This document shows positions 24,315 through 36,600 of a stretch of 64,000 bases of DNA, piece by piece (within the stretch, counting starts at the first letter, position 1; every line of letters starts with the position of its first letter). The position numbers and the translations under genes are program-made. Below the pieces are notes generated by a model. The model had not been told where the DNA came from, made no database searches, and was given only the letters and a program-made list of their open reading frames with translations. Origin of the DNA: Lingula anatina (lineage: Eukaryota > Animalia > Brachiopoda); assembly GCA_051362555.1 (NCBI GenBank), contig CM120640.1:53980788-54044787 (forward strand), given 5' to 3'.

Positions 24315-24635
24315 TTAAAAATCTCTGTCTACTGGCACACCTTTGTCTTTTAACAATGCCTTGACCAGAGACAGCAGTTCCTCAGTGATGCTTTTTGCCT
24401 TTGTTGCTGTGTCATTTTTGTATTCATCATGTGGAATACCTGAGTAGCATCTGTCTGGATATCGCATGCTTACGGAATGTCTGAGCAGAGTCTGAAGTTG
24501 ACTTGAAAGCATTGCAATTTCATAACCATTGCCTGAAAGGTCTAGACTGGCAGCCATTGAAGGCAGGTCATGGCTGTTGTCCTTCAGATTGGCATCTATC
24601 GCAAACTGTGCAGCTTTCAGTGCTTTTTCTGCAGA
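24315..24635 (-). CDS. SACS: Sacsin terminal exon (HEPN domain)
   Basis: cag|TCT GCA GAA AAA...; SAEKALKAAQFAIDANLKDNSHDL...MRYPD...PHDEY...DRDF*. Confidence 0.9.
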   Translation of the reverse strand, partial: SAEKALKAAQFAIDANLKDNSHDLPSMAASLDLSGNGYEIAMLSSQLQTLLRHSVSMRYPDRCYSGIPHDEYKNDTATKAKSITEELLSLVKALLKDKGVPVDRDF

Positions 24636-27600
24636 CTGAAATTTATATAAAAAATGAAATAATGGTAATATGTCATTGCTTAAGGATGGGTTTAAGGGAC
24701 CATTCCCTGAGATATCGTACTAACTTTGAATTGATCCATCTCCTAGGGGATTCTCACTAAATTGCTATCAACTTAAGCAGCTTAAATGTCTGTCACGCCT
24801 ACTAAAGCTGTTAGGGGGTAATAAACTACTGGAGGCCGAGCGTGCACGAAGTTAATTATCCCCTAGCCGATTCGATAGGTGTGACAGACATTTAAGCCAC
24901 TTAAGTTGATAAGAATTTAGTGTGAATCCCCGTGGAGTTAGACCAGTCCTGTTGGATCTATATAGGCATGGGAACACAGTCTAATAGAAGGGTGCTAATG
25001 ATGCTCTACTGTCAGCCTCTTTAGCAAAAATGAAAAGAAATACACAAAATTGAAAGTGAAATTATGAGATGTGAAGATTAAACATGTAAAATATTGTCAT
25101 ATTAAAAAGAAAAAGAGCTAAATACTGTGATTAGGTTTTATTTACAATTTCATTTTATTTTACTTCTTTAGCTTACCTGATGGCACTTGAAGCATGCCCA
25201 TTCATAGCTTTGGGTTGGTACACTGGTATCATTGGTGACAGCCTTGAAATCCCACTGGGACTGGCAGAACCACCTGAAAGCTTCTGTTGGTTGGGGATTC
25301 TTCCGGGTATATGAACCTCCACTATATGACCCATAACTTCTAGAGCTCCCACCTGAATAGAATCGGTGATAACAATCTCTTTCATGTCTGGCGCGGCGAC
25401 CCATGTTGGTGTAAAATTGGCTAAATATATCTGTGTAAGCTGAATGTGGTCTAGATGCTGCAAATGTTTGTTGTGGACCTCTGTCAAGTCTAGCTACTTC
25501 ACTCTGAATGAATTGACAAGCTTTATTGTAAGTATCTTCCTGACCAAGATTTTTGTCTGGATGATACTTTCTGATCAATCTCTTGATAATTTTTTTCCTC
25601 TCATTTTCATCAAGCTTCCAAGCCTTCTCTAAAGTTCTTGTTATATCTTGCAAAATGTCTTCAAGAAGTTCTGGAGCCGAGTTGACCTCGTATGGAGACT
25701 TCTCATAAGGAAGAATGTCTTTTGAGACTTTTTTAGGTGGGCGCTTAAACTTGTAAAGGTCATTTGCAGAGACAACTAGGATGTCATTCTCTTCAGATCC
25801 AATTGATATTTTGTATTTCCTTTGCACATTTGAGGTTTGAGAATTGGCATCTTTGATGATCTCTTCTAGCACAATGGCATATATGTATGTTGGAAGACCC
25901 TCAAGATTCTTCAATAATGGATCTTCCACTTCATATCCTACATACTCGCCACGCTCAAAGTGGTCAAAATCCTCAGACAGAAGATATTGATCATCTATAT
26001 GAAGGTATGTACCTGGAGTGGGTAGAACACTCTCCATGTTTGACTCATCTGGAAGAATGTCTAGTTCATCCAAACATTTTGATATTCCATTGATAGCAAC
26101 ATTTTCATATAGGATGCAGCATAACTGATGAAATACTGATGACAGTCTGTGCTTTGACAGAGTGTTCAACACTCCAGCAATTTTATGTGAATTTTTACTG
26201 ATTTGGACACCTCTTTTCAAATAAAAACAATAAGACTGTTGTCCACAATGTGCCATCCTATAGAAACAAAACTGCGTTTTCTCACTTCCTTCTAAAACAT
26301 CCCCTTTGTATTCCAACACAGTGGTCAATTCTGGTACCAAGTGAAATTTGATGTTTTTAATGTTTTCTTTTAATACAATAATGTCTTCTTCATTCACTTG
26401 GAAGTTCTCCTCTTTACCAGCATGACGAAGTAGGCGTATCACTGCCTGACAAAAACTGGGAGATCTCATTTTCAATTGTACAGGATGTTCACCAAAGTCT
26501 TCAAATTCTGGTTCAAACATCAGTTTCTCTTTGACAACATCAGTCAAATTTCTTAGACGCAAATTCTGTGGCAAATATTCAGCAACATGGCTATATGGTG
26601 GGGGTGGGTCCTCAAATTCACATTCTGTCAGAGAAACAAGTACTGGTTCATCAAACTGAACTTTTTGAAGCCGCTCAAAATGAGACATTTTATTGTAATA
26701 GATAATATCCTTGGAGAGCTGCAGATCCCCATTGGAAGTAAGCAAGTACAACTGGTTTAACTGTTCTGGTTTGCGAAGCTTTTTAAACAAAAAGCCCATT
26801 GCTTTCAATGCATTCTTCTTTTCATTTGGCTCCAATTTTTCTCCTTCAGTATCTCTGTGAATCATTTCCAAGACATTGGCATACTGGTAACATGAGGGTC
26901 TATCCGTGCTCCCTATCAGCTTGAAAAGATCCTTGTACATTGCATATAGTGGTGGCACAGCATAAAGATAAGGTTTTAATTCATCTTCTGGCAAGCAAAA
27001 AATAGCAACTTGATTAGGATACACAAGTCTTCTTCCATCCTCTACTAAAATGCATGTCAAGTTTTGCAACTGTTTAGTCCACTTTGGACTTTTTTTCTCA
27101 TTTAGTTGCTTCCAGTCTTTTTCCAACCACTGATACATTTGCCCCATAATCTTGCATAGCAGTTCATATTCTTTATCTCTTAGATTTTCGACTTGCTCTT
27201 GCAATGAGTGGCAGACACTGCAACAATGACCCACAACCTGTTCTGTAGATGGTTTTTCCTTCACTCCAAGGGCTTCACACACTTTTCTGTAGTAAGACTG
27301 TTCGTCACCTCTAACTTGAAGGTGGTACCTGTAAGACATTGGATTTGCCCACTGTTCAATGAAATGGGCATTTGTCCATGACAGTAATTCATATTCTTGC
27401 TTGTACGGGATTGATCCACTGAAGCAGATAAAAGGTGGAACTGACCCTTTCACCTTACTGCCTTGAGGACACAGTCTCTGAAGGTTCTCTGAGGCAACAT
27501 GTTGGGGCAGGAAGGGCACATCCCTGATTTCATGCAATAATGAATATTCACTTAAAACATCTTTACGTGAAAGTAAATGCTCTACTACTACTCTGGCTTG

Positions 27601-30600
27601 TTCTGCAAAGGTTCTGTATTGTTCTTGGTGTGCTAGCCTTGACCCCTTTTCAATTGATTTGGCAAATTCAATGACCTTCTCTGCTGTGACATGTTGCTGT
27701 AAACCTATTTCACGAAGCAATGGTAAAAATTCTGTAGAGTTGTAAGGGTATGGAGGAAACTCTTTCTCAGTAAGCATGGCTTTAAATACTTCATTGCAAG
27801 GATCATAAAATGAACTTGCAGTTGCCAGGGTACCTGGAATTCTACTATTAGGCAGAAACTTCAAACAAGAAAGTGCCTTTATCATCCTCTTCCTATCATC
27901 TTCCTTCTTTCTCAAAGGATGTAAGTAACGGCCTATAATAAATTCCAAATGATGCACTCTTTCTGCCTCTGAGAAATCTGCAAACTTTGGAAATATGTAC
28001 ATACAGTATGCATCACATTCAGAGAGAACTTGACAACCCAACCATTTGTAAAGTGGTTCTAACATCTCACTAGGTCTCAAAAAGGCCACACTTTCACCAC
28101 CTCTGTCCCATACTTGCATACCATGTGCAGGGATAGATGTAGGTATAATGTAAGCAGTCTTCCTTTCAATGCTTATAAGCTCTTTTGTCACAGAATAGAA
28201 GAAAGGAAAACTGCACACTTTTGACTTCAGTTCAGGGGTCTTTTTCAGGACATCAAGGCACTGACGAAAATATCCCAGTATGACCTGACATTCCACGACA
28301 TTTGCTTTGCCAACTAGTTTTTGCCTTTTTGCTACTCCTTCCAATGCAGCGACTACCGATATGGGGGAATTAATGTTGCTTACTGTTGCACGTGCAGTGG
28401 GACAAATTGGTTTAGAATGTCCTTGTAGTAAAGCATACGCTAGCTGTGGAACGTCCAACTTTTGTAAGACATCTAAAATTTTTTCAAAGCCTGAGAAGTA
28501 AACTCGACTATCTACAGCCTCTTGTGCTCGTGACATCTGAAGCAGGCACAGACCTGCTGGCTTTCCAGATGATTGCTGTATGATTACTGGCAAGAGACAC
28601 CAATCTGAAAGTGGTTTCAATAAATCTCTTATTTTCTGGCATTTAGAAACTGCATCAGTTTCATTACTGACCTCAGGATCAACTTCTGAGTGAAGATATT
28701 TCCACAGTGACTGGATCCACTGTTTTGATGGAGCCTCTGGATTCCAGTGAATTATCCCCCCTCTATGTAGCTCCTGCGGTAACACAGAGGGCAGGCTGGC
28801 CGCTAGATCAGAAATCATAAATCTTTTGAAAATTTGACTCTTCTCAGTAAATGTACAAAAAATTGTATTTACCAATAAGGTATGGCAAAAGAAAGCAGCA
28901 TGCATGGGTAGCAAATAGGAGAATTTTGAACAAAACACAGGTGATCTTGAACTAAACACTTTCAGTTTCTTGTCTTGTGTCAAAAGCAATGGACAGTCCT
29001 CAAGCATCTGCAGAAAATTACTGGACTTCGTGCAAAACTCCAACACAGTTTGGAGGTTTTCTGGTGTTCCAAAGATGGTGTTTGTGATATCCACTGGAAA
29101 GTATTGTTCTGAAATGAAGCACAACTCCTCAGGTTTCTGGAAGGTTTGAAAGAACTGAAGTACAGACTCTGGACTCACAGTTTTCACCTGGATGCCTGCA
29201 TCCCCGTAACGTCTAAATATTGACATTGGGCAATGCACTAGATTGAAATTGCTGTCAAGTAGAATTCTTCTGACAGTACAACTGGGGGATGGCTTATATA
29301 CACTTGGTATATCTGTGAACAATGGCTTTGGTTCTAGAATCTGACTATCCAAGTCATCAAAAAATACCTCATCTTTTCCACTTCCTGTAGGTTGAAACCA
29401 GGTTATTTCACAATCTCTCTGACGTCGATCTGACCTCCGCAAAACTGGAAGAACCCTCAAAGAAAGTTCACAGGTTAGTTGGTAAACTCTTTTTGCCAAA
29501 TAATGTATATATCTTTCCTTATGACTGATAATAGGAAACAGCTGAGCATACCATTGCAATAGTTTTTCTATTTGAGCCTCAGTTTTTCCATGAATATTTT
29601 CCATAATCATCAACTTTGTTTGCTCAAGCTGATTGGTGTAACAAGGGGCAACTGTTTGCTCCAGTAATGTTTTGTTCCATTCACTTTTCACATCAGTACA
29701 CATATTTTCGCTCCCCACCCAAAGATTTCTTCTTGCTTCATGATCCAGAGCAAAGTGTCCATTTATATGGACTGGGAGGTCTGTTTCCAATGGTAATGGC
29801 AGGAAACAAAAAATTATGTTTTTCTGGGGCTTTGATATTTCTAGCCTTGGAATGTCAGATTGAAGCAAAAATGCTGTCCCTCCACGTGGCAAAAGTCCCA
29901 ACTCTCTGTTCCCAAGGGCTTTCTGTAAAGTTGGAGATACTGCTGAATTGCTGAAGCCAAACTGCTGAGTAATTAGCCACTTTTGAGATCTGCCTTCACT
30001 GTTTTGCAAGGACAGTTTGTAAGAAACATCAATAGCATGTAACTGGTCCACTCTCATTTCTCGTGCCTCGAGGATCTGTCTACTTTTCATAATTTTCTGT
30101 TGAAAAGACTGCTGTGCCTGTGTATCTTCAGCACTGAGGTGTGCTTCTACACTGTAAGTGTTTTGCAGCTTTCCAGTGGAGGTGTCAATTTCTGAGAGGC
30201 TTATTTTCTTTATGTTATTGAGAAATAACATCATCAGAAATAAATCATCTTTAAATCTTCTCATGAGAGACTGCATTTCTTCAGTGGTAACTGCTTTCTG
30301 TTTTATCTGGGATCGTCTGGCCATGTATTCATTTCTGAGTGGCAATCGGAACAAGGTAGCTTCCTCCATTGGAAAAATATCCCTCATGTCATCCAAATAT
30401 CCTGCAAAAACATCTGGGAAAGACCTTCTTAACTTAGGAATGTCCACATAACGCCTTCCAGGTTCAGCATCAGAAGCACCTGGTACATAGATACAATGTG
30501 GATCAAATACACAAAGTGTCTCTCCCATTTCTTCACCCTTGGTTAAGAAAGATGGTGCATCTGTGAGATGATATACAGCATTGAAACCTACACCATACTG

Positions 30601-33600
30601 TCCCGTTTTGTTTGGATCTTCACTCTTACTTCCCTCACCTAGATTCTGAATACCCTTTATGTCTGCTTCTGTAAATGGGCTGTTGTTGTAAACACATAAA
30701 GCTGGCCCTTGCAGTGGCTCCCAGCATTCTTCAAATATAAGCTCAACTGGATGTTGTCTGGGATCAAAAACAAAGTGAATTTCAGTTGCCTTTGCATCAT
30801 CTGCATTTTGCAAAAGCTCTTTCAAGATATCCTGGTCATAAGGGTACCCATCTAAAATTCTCTTTATTCTGTTAGTAAGTTTTTCCTTCTGACCAAAACC
30901 AATTCCCATTGAATATTTCCTCAGCTTTTCACCTCGTTTTGTCTGAACACCAAGGCCTATAGCAACATGATAAGGCAAGTCTTTGTGTACATAATGCGTG
31001 CTGTCATCATTTTCAAGCCACTGGCAATCATCAAAGCAGAGCTGCTTTGCTTCAGACATAACTCCTTGATCATCTGGTAAATAAATTGGCCCATGTTCAA
31101 CTTCAACTGATTTCAGAGTTGTAGTGAGTGGCACATCTGTTTGAATTGGAGGGGAAATTTTTTCCTGTAATGCAAACACAACCTGAACTACATAAGATGG
31201 CAAGGACTCTTTTTTGAATGTGTGATTGTCTTTATGCAGCTCCTGTAGAACCTTGATATAATCTGCAACATCAAAGTTTTTCCTAACACCTGCAGCTCTC
31301 ATGATGACATAGAAACTTTCCCAAGGACTGGGGAGTTCATAAAGAAGTGGTTCAAACTTGGCCTCAGAGTGAAATATGACCTTACGTCCTGAGATAAATT
31401 CATGAATCTGTGGAATGTACACTGCATTTCTTCTTTCCAGTTCAGAGGTAAATGTTTTCTGGTGTTTAGGGTTGTTCTTCAGTAAATCATTAAGATGCTG
31501 ATAGATGTGTCTCATCAGATATGTTGGCAAGTATTTACACACTGTAGCAGCTTTTATTGCTTGATCAAGCTGATGCCATACCTGTTCAACCTTGACATCT
31601 CTTTCAGATTTTATTTGGAGAAACACTGCAACTCTCTTCTCCATCTTCAGCTCCCTTGTATCAATAACAGCAGCAGTGGAGGATACTAAGTCTTCCACAT
31701 CTGTTGAAAAGCATTCCACAGGTGCAACAAGATTGTTGTGATTGCCTTTCCAGGGAAGTGGATAACCTTCTGGTTTTGCCTTGGCTGGCAAGAATGGTAT
31801 TTCACGTAGTTCACCCAGTTTGCTTTTCAATTTATCAGTTTTACAGGTTCTGAGCCTCCATTCTAAGTACTGCAATATCCTTTTTGATCTCTCTATTCCT
31901 CTACTGTCACCTGCACGATGAAGAACAGCAACACTTCTGGCTCTCTCTAAAATCAGCTTACAGTCGATTTTATCTTTACAGATGCCAAGTTTTTCCAATA
32001 CTAGGAGGCGATATGGGTGCAGGTATGAGCTTTCTGTTCCTTGGATGAATTTCCCGTCTTCCACATGGTATAATGGAGCAGCTCTACCATTTGGGTGCAG
32101 GAGATCACATGGTCGTTTTAGCTGCCCATGTGGTAAGGAAGGAATGCATGCGCAATGCAAGAGCTCATTGAGATCTTTATCACCATGATCAAGTGCATGC
32201 AGAATCAAAGCATTTCGGACATCTTCAGCAATAATGTTGAGATTTGGAAAAACTGCTTCTTTGTAAAGCTTGTGGAGGCCATACATGATCTTTTCCACAA
32301 CAACTTTAGGAGCATATAATGACAGGGCTTCCATTGTTTTATGGGGAACTTCAACATATATCTTTCCCTCCTTTTGAAGAAAAATTTCCAACACCTCTTT
32401 GGCTTGTTTTGCTATACCTGATCCTTTGATATCTTCTTGGAGGAGACCAACACTATGGGCATTTGACCACATTTTTCCATTTGAAAGTAAATGAGGTGCC
32501 TGCTGTTCTTTACTGGAAAATAAAGTGGCATACAGCTTTTTCACGAAGTGTTGACATACTGGTTTATATCTGGTCACTGAGGCTGGCCACAAGTCACAAA
32601 AGGTATAAGATGTGCCAGATGTCAAAGTTTTCAAATCCTCCAGACAAAAAAGAAAAGCCTTGGAAATGACATCTTTAAACAAAGTTTCATTCCATTCAGC
32701 TCCTTTTGAAATCTTGTCATCAGAAGTTTTCTCAGTCAGATGTTTGCGGTTGGACTCAACAGAAAAACTGCCATTGACATGGAATGGAAACCCACTGAGT
32801 ATGGGAAGAGGAAGATAACAAAAAATTGTTCCTTCAAGACATGTTGGTGCATAGCTTTTGCTGCCTTGTATATTGCACTCTTCTAAGTGTACTGCCACTC
32901 CACCTGTAGGTACAAGACCAGTATCTTTGCACATTTTCAACACTTCTTGTGTAAGGTCTCCCAAACATGATGTAACAAGCCAGAAATCCTTTCTCTCTTC
33001 CCTTTTGAGAATACCCACATTACCTGGAACCTTTTTAGAAGACATCTCAAGAAGAAGAGACACTGCTGGATTTTGTGTGACTCTGTTCATGTGAGTTGAT
33101 GGCACTGCTTGGAGTACTTGAGTTGATGCTCTTAAAATTTGTGTTGGCTCAAGATGTGGTAAATGCAAACCTCGTATCACTTTTGTGATGTTCCTTGTGG
33201 TTTCATAGATAGGCTGCATCATTGATGGTGTTCCATTCTTTGGAAGGTGATAAATTGATACTTTCTTCACATTCTGTGTAAAGAGTAGCACCTCTGGCAA
33301 ATAGTTCACCAACATCTGAAGAAGTTCTTTTACTTCTTCCTCGTCATAATGCACCTTGCTGATCTCGCTTTCATAGGACTGTTCTTTTGTTCTTAGAGGA
33401 AATCGAAATAATGTTGCATCATAGCTTGCTATGCATGATTCCACAGTGGGGTCAAGATTGCAGCCAAATATACCATTGAAAGGCTTGAATTGGTTCTTTA
33501 ATTTCTGCAACTTTTTTCTATTTTTCAGATTGATCTTCATTCCAGGTTTTGACCTTACTGCTCGTCCCAAGTGTTTCATGTGAGGATCAAAGATAGCTAT

Positions 33601-36600
33601 GCTGTCATTGCTAATAAAACTTGGAACATCTGTTAAATTGTAGACGGCATTGAACCCAAGTCCAAATTTACCAACTTTGTCACTCATTTTTTCTTTAGTT
33701 GCACCACCCAGCATAGCAATGTGTGTAAAATCTTCCTCTGTAAATGTAGCATCATTATAGGCCCAGAGAGCAGGGCCTTGGCATCTTCGCATTCCATCAT
33801 CTATCAAACATGTTTGTGCATCTTCATTTTCTCTCTGGTCAAACAGAAACTTCACTTCTGTTGCTCCTGCATCATCAGCATTCTGTACAAGTTCCTTTGG
33901 AACAGATAAACCATCTGTGTAACCTTCTTTAAGCAGGTTATGTAGGCGCCGTGTCAATGGCTCTGACTGACCATAATTGATGTCTAACTCTTCTGCATCT
34001 AAAACACGGCTCATGAGGGTAGGTATTCCTAAATTTTCACTAGTTTGCATTGGAACATACTCATGGACAAAGAAGATTAATTCTGATTCTTCATCATTGA
34101 CATCAGTGACATCATGTCCTTGCTGTAGCCATTCCATATCACAATAGGTGCACTCTGATACTGGTTTTAGGATAAGGGAAGAACTGTCATCACTATGAAT
34201 AGGTACTAAAAGCACATCTTGCAATTGTAATAGGGTGTCTTTGTCCATGGACTCAACAATATGCAATAATTCTATGATGGTCTGCAAATCTCTCTGTCTA
34301 TCAAGATTTGTATGCTTGCTGCTGTTCCTCCCTGACTGACTACTTTCTTTTAGGTATTTGCTTTGGATAATGCTTTGTACTTGAAGAATTATTTCAAGTT
34401 CATTTCTTGGCTTTACACCATAGTGTGTAAAGTATTTGCTGAATTCCTCTACTTCTCCTGGCAGGGTAAACATGTGTGGCTTTAGCTGAATCCCCTGCAG
34501 CTTTGATGGGATGAAAGGAATGACCTCTTCAGCTGAACAAAATCCATCTCCATTCCAAATCCATTTCTCTGCACTAGGTATCAAGTGTTCATGTAGATTT
34601 CCGTCCCTCTCAGGGTGCCATAGTTCTCTGTAGATATCTAAAATCATTGGCAAATACACATCTTTTTCTTTGCTTGTGTAGTGGCGAACAACTTGTTTTA
34701 AATGATCTATCACTTTTGACACAGCTGGCCTTTTGTTCCATCCAAAATTTCTGGCAATCTCCTCATTTACTTCTTCACCTGCAATATGCCCCACAGAGCC
34801 AATCACTTTTTCAAAGATGCTGCTGTTCAACTCACTTGGACTTAAAAAGATGCATGCAGCATAACACCATGGCAAAGTCCTGGGATAATTATATGGCCTT
34901 GGCTTGACCTTGATAAACTTGACTGTCTTCAACCACTCTGATGCAAGTCCTAGTATTACTGGCTGGGACTTCAGAATGGTCATAACTGCCTTGGACTTGG
35001 CAATGAAATGGTCTGGCACCACTGGTCCATTTGCCTTTTGAATGTACTGAGCAACCCCGTAAATGTCTCTGGCAGTTATGTCTTTTTTTGTCTTCAATCC
35101 TAGCATCTTTAAAGCTGTGAATAATCGTGGCTCATCCCTGTATTGCTTAGTTGGAAATACATCACACACCCCATCAAATAGTTCAAACACAACATGGTCA
35201 CAAGGATCAAACAATGAGTTTGCTGTGAATCTCATGCCTGATTTGGTTGGAATAAAAGATATGTTCTTCATCTTTTGGAAAATTTTTTGATCTTCATTCA
35301 TGTTGATAGTCAGAACTTGCTTCATCAAACAATCAATCTCCCCATTCTTCTTGTACCATTCAATGTTTGGTAAGACAATTTCTTTTAGCAAGTCATTGGT
35401 GTGGAATACCCTTATTTGTAAATGTTGAACAAGGACTTCTGAGTCTCTCTCTGATGCATTTATGAACTTGAAAGGTAATGGAAAGCTTGGACTGTGTTGC
35501 AAGGCCCTTTGTACCTCACTGAGAGAAACTGTGTCAGCAGAACTTGGCAGATCAAAATATTTTGTTCCACTCACTAACCTAAAGATTGGTAGTTTCAAAA
35601 GTAATTCCCTGTGCAAATGTATACAGTTTGCAGAGGCTTTGGATAAAAACATTCTCAGTTTATCCTTTTCTGCTAATGGCCAATCTTTTACAACTGCCAG
35701 AGCTTGTGTTTGCACACTTGAAAGAGCCTGTAGAACACCTTGAGGTGTTGGTGGACTAATGTACCTTGGCACAACAGCCTGGTGATCTTCAATAAATTTG
35801 GGAAGATTCTGAAATACAATAACCCCCAAAGCTCTTATTTGATGGGCCAAACTATCATCAAGTTTGTCCCCTCTCCAGGACGCAATCAAAGCAGCTATAC
35901 CAGAGCTTAACCTCACAACTTTGCAAGAAGCAACATCTGGCAGAATGTGTAAACCTTCAAACCTGGAAAGATCATCAGGGAACTGCCTGGCCAGGTACTT
36001 CCATAACATTTGAAACCAATGAAAAGTAGGATGCTCTCTGGCCTGTGGGTTCCAAAGTTTGCAGTTTTCTTTGGATAAAGGAAACAACCTTCGTATCAAA
36101 TTGGACACTGAGGTTCTATCAAGAATCTTCAACTGGGTTAAGCCTGAATGGAAAAAAAATTAAAATCAAAAAGATATTTTCAAACTGAAAAAAAAATCAA
36201 ATAAACTGTGCTTTATCAATAATACACCTTATATTCAACAAAAAACAGCAAAATATTTTAAAACATCTTAATATTATTCCTTAAATTCCTTTTTTAACAT
36301 TAACCCATTTGATTAACAAAATTATGTAATTAAATTGCTCTTTTGTATTTACCCTTACTTGCAGTATAACAAATTAATTGTCATGCATGTATTTTTGCTA
36401 CTAATAAATATTCATTGCCTCATTTGAATCATTTGCTAATAATTACCCAAACTTGCTATCTTTTTCAGGTGTGAGGTAACTTCAGATGGAACATCCCTAG
36501 ATGTATCTAATAAGTTATGACTCAGTCCAGGGAGAAGTTCTTTTGGATGATCTTTGGTTGGAATGTACACCTCTTCACTTTTGCTGGCTTGGAACATGGC

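Noticed and set aside
25444-35743. Numerous short + strand ORFs
   Set aside because: Antisense shadows of the sacsin giant exon.
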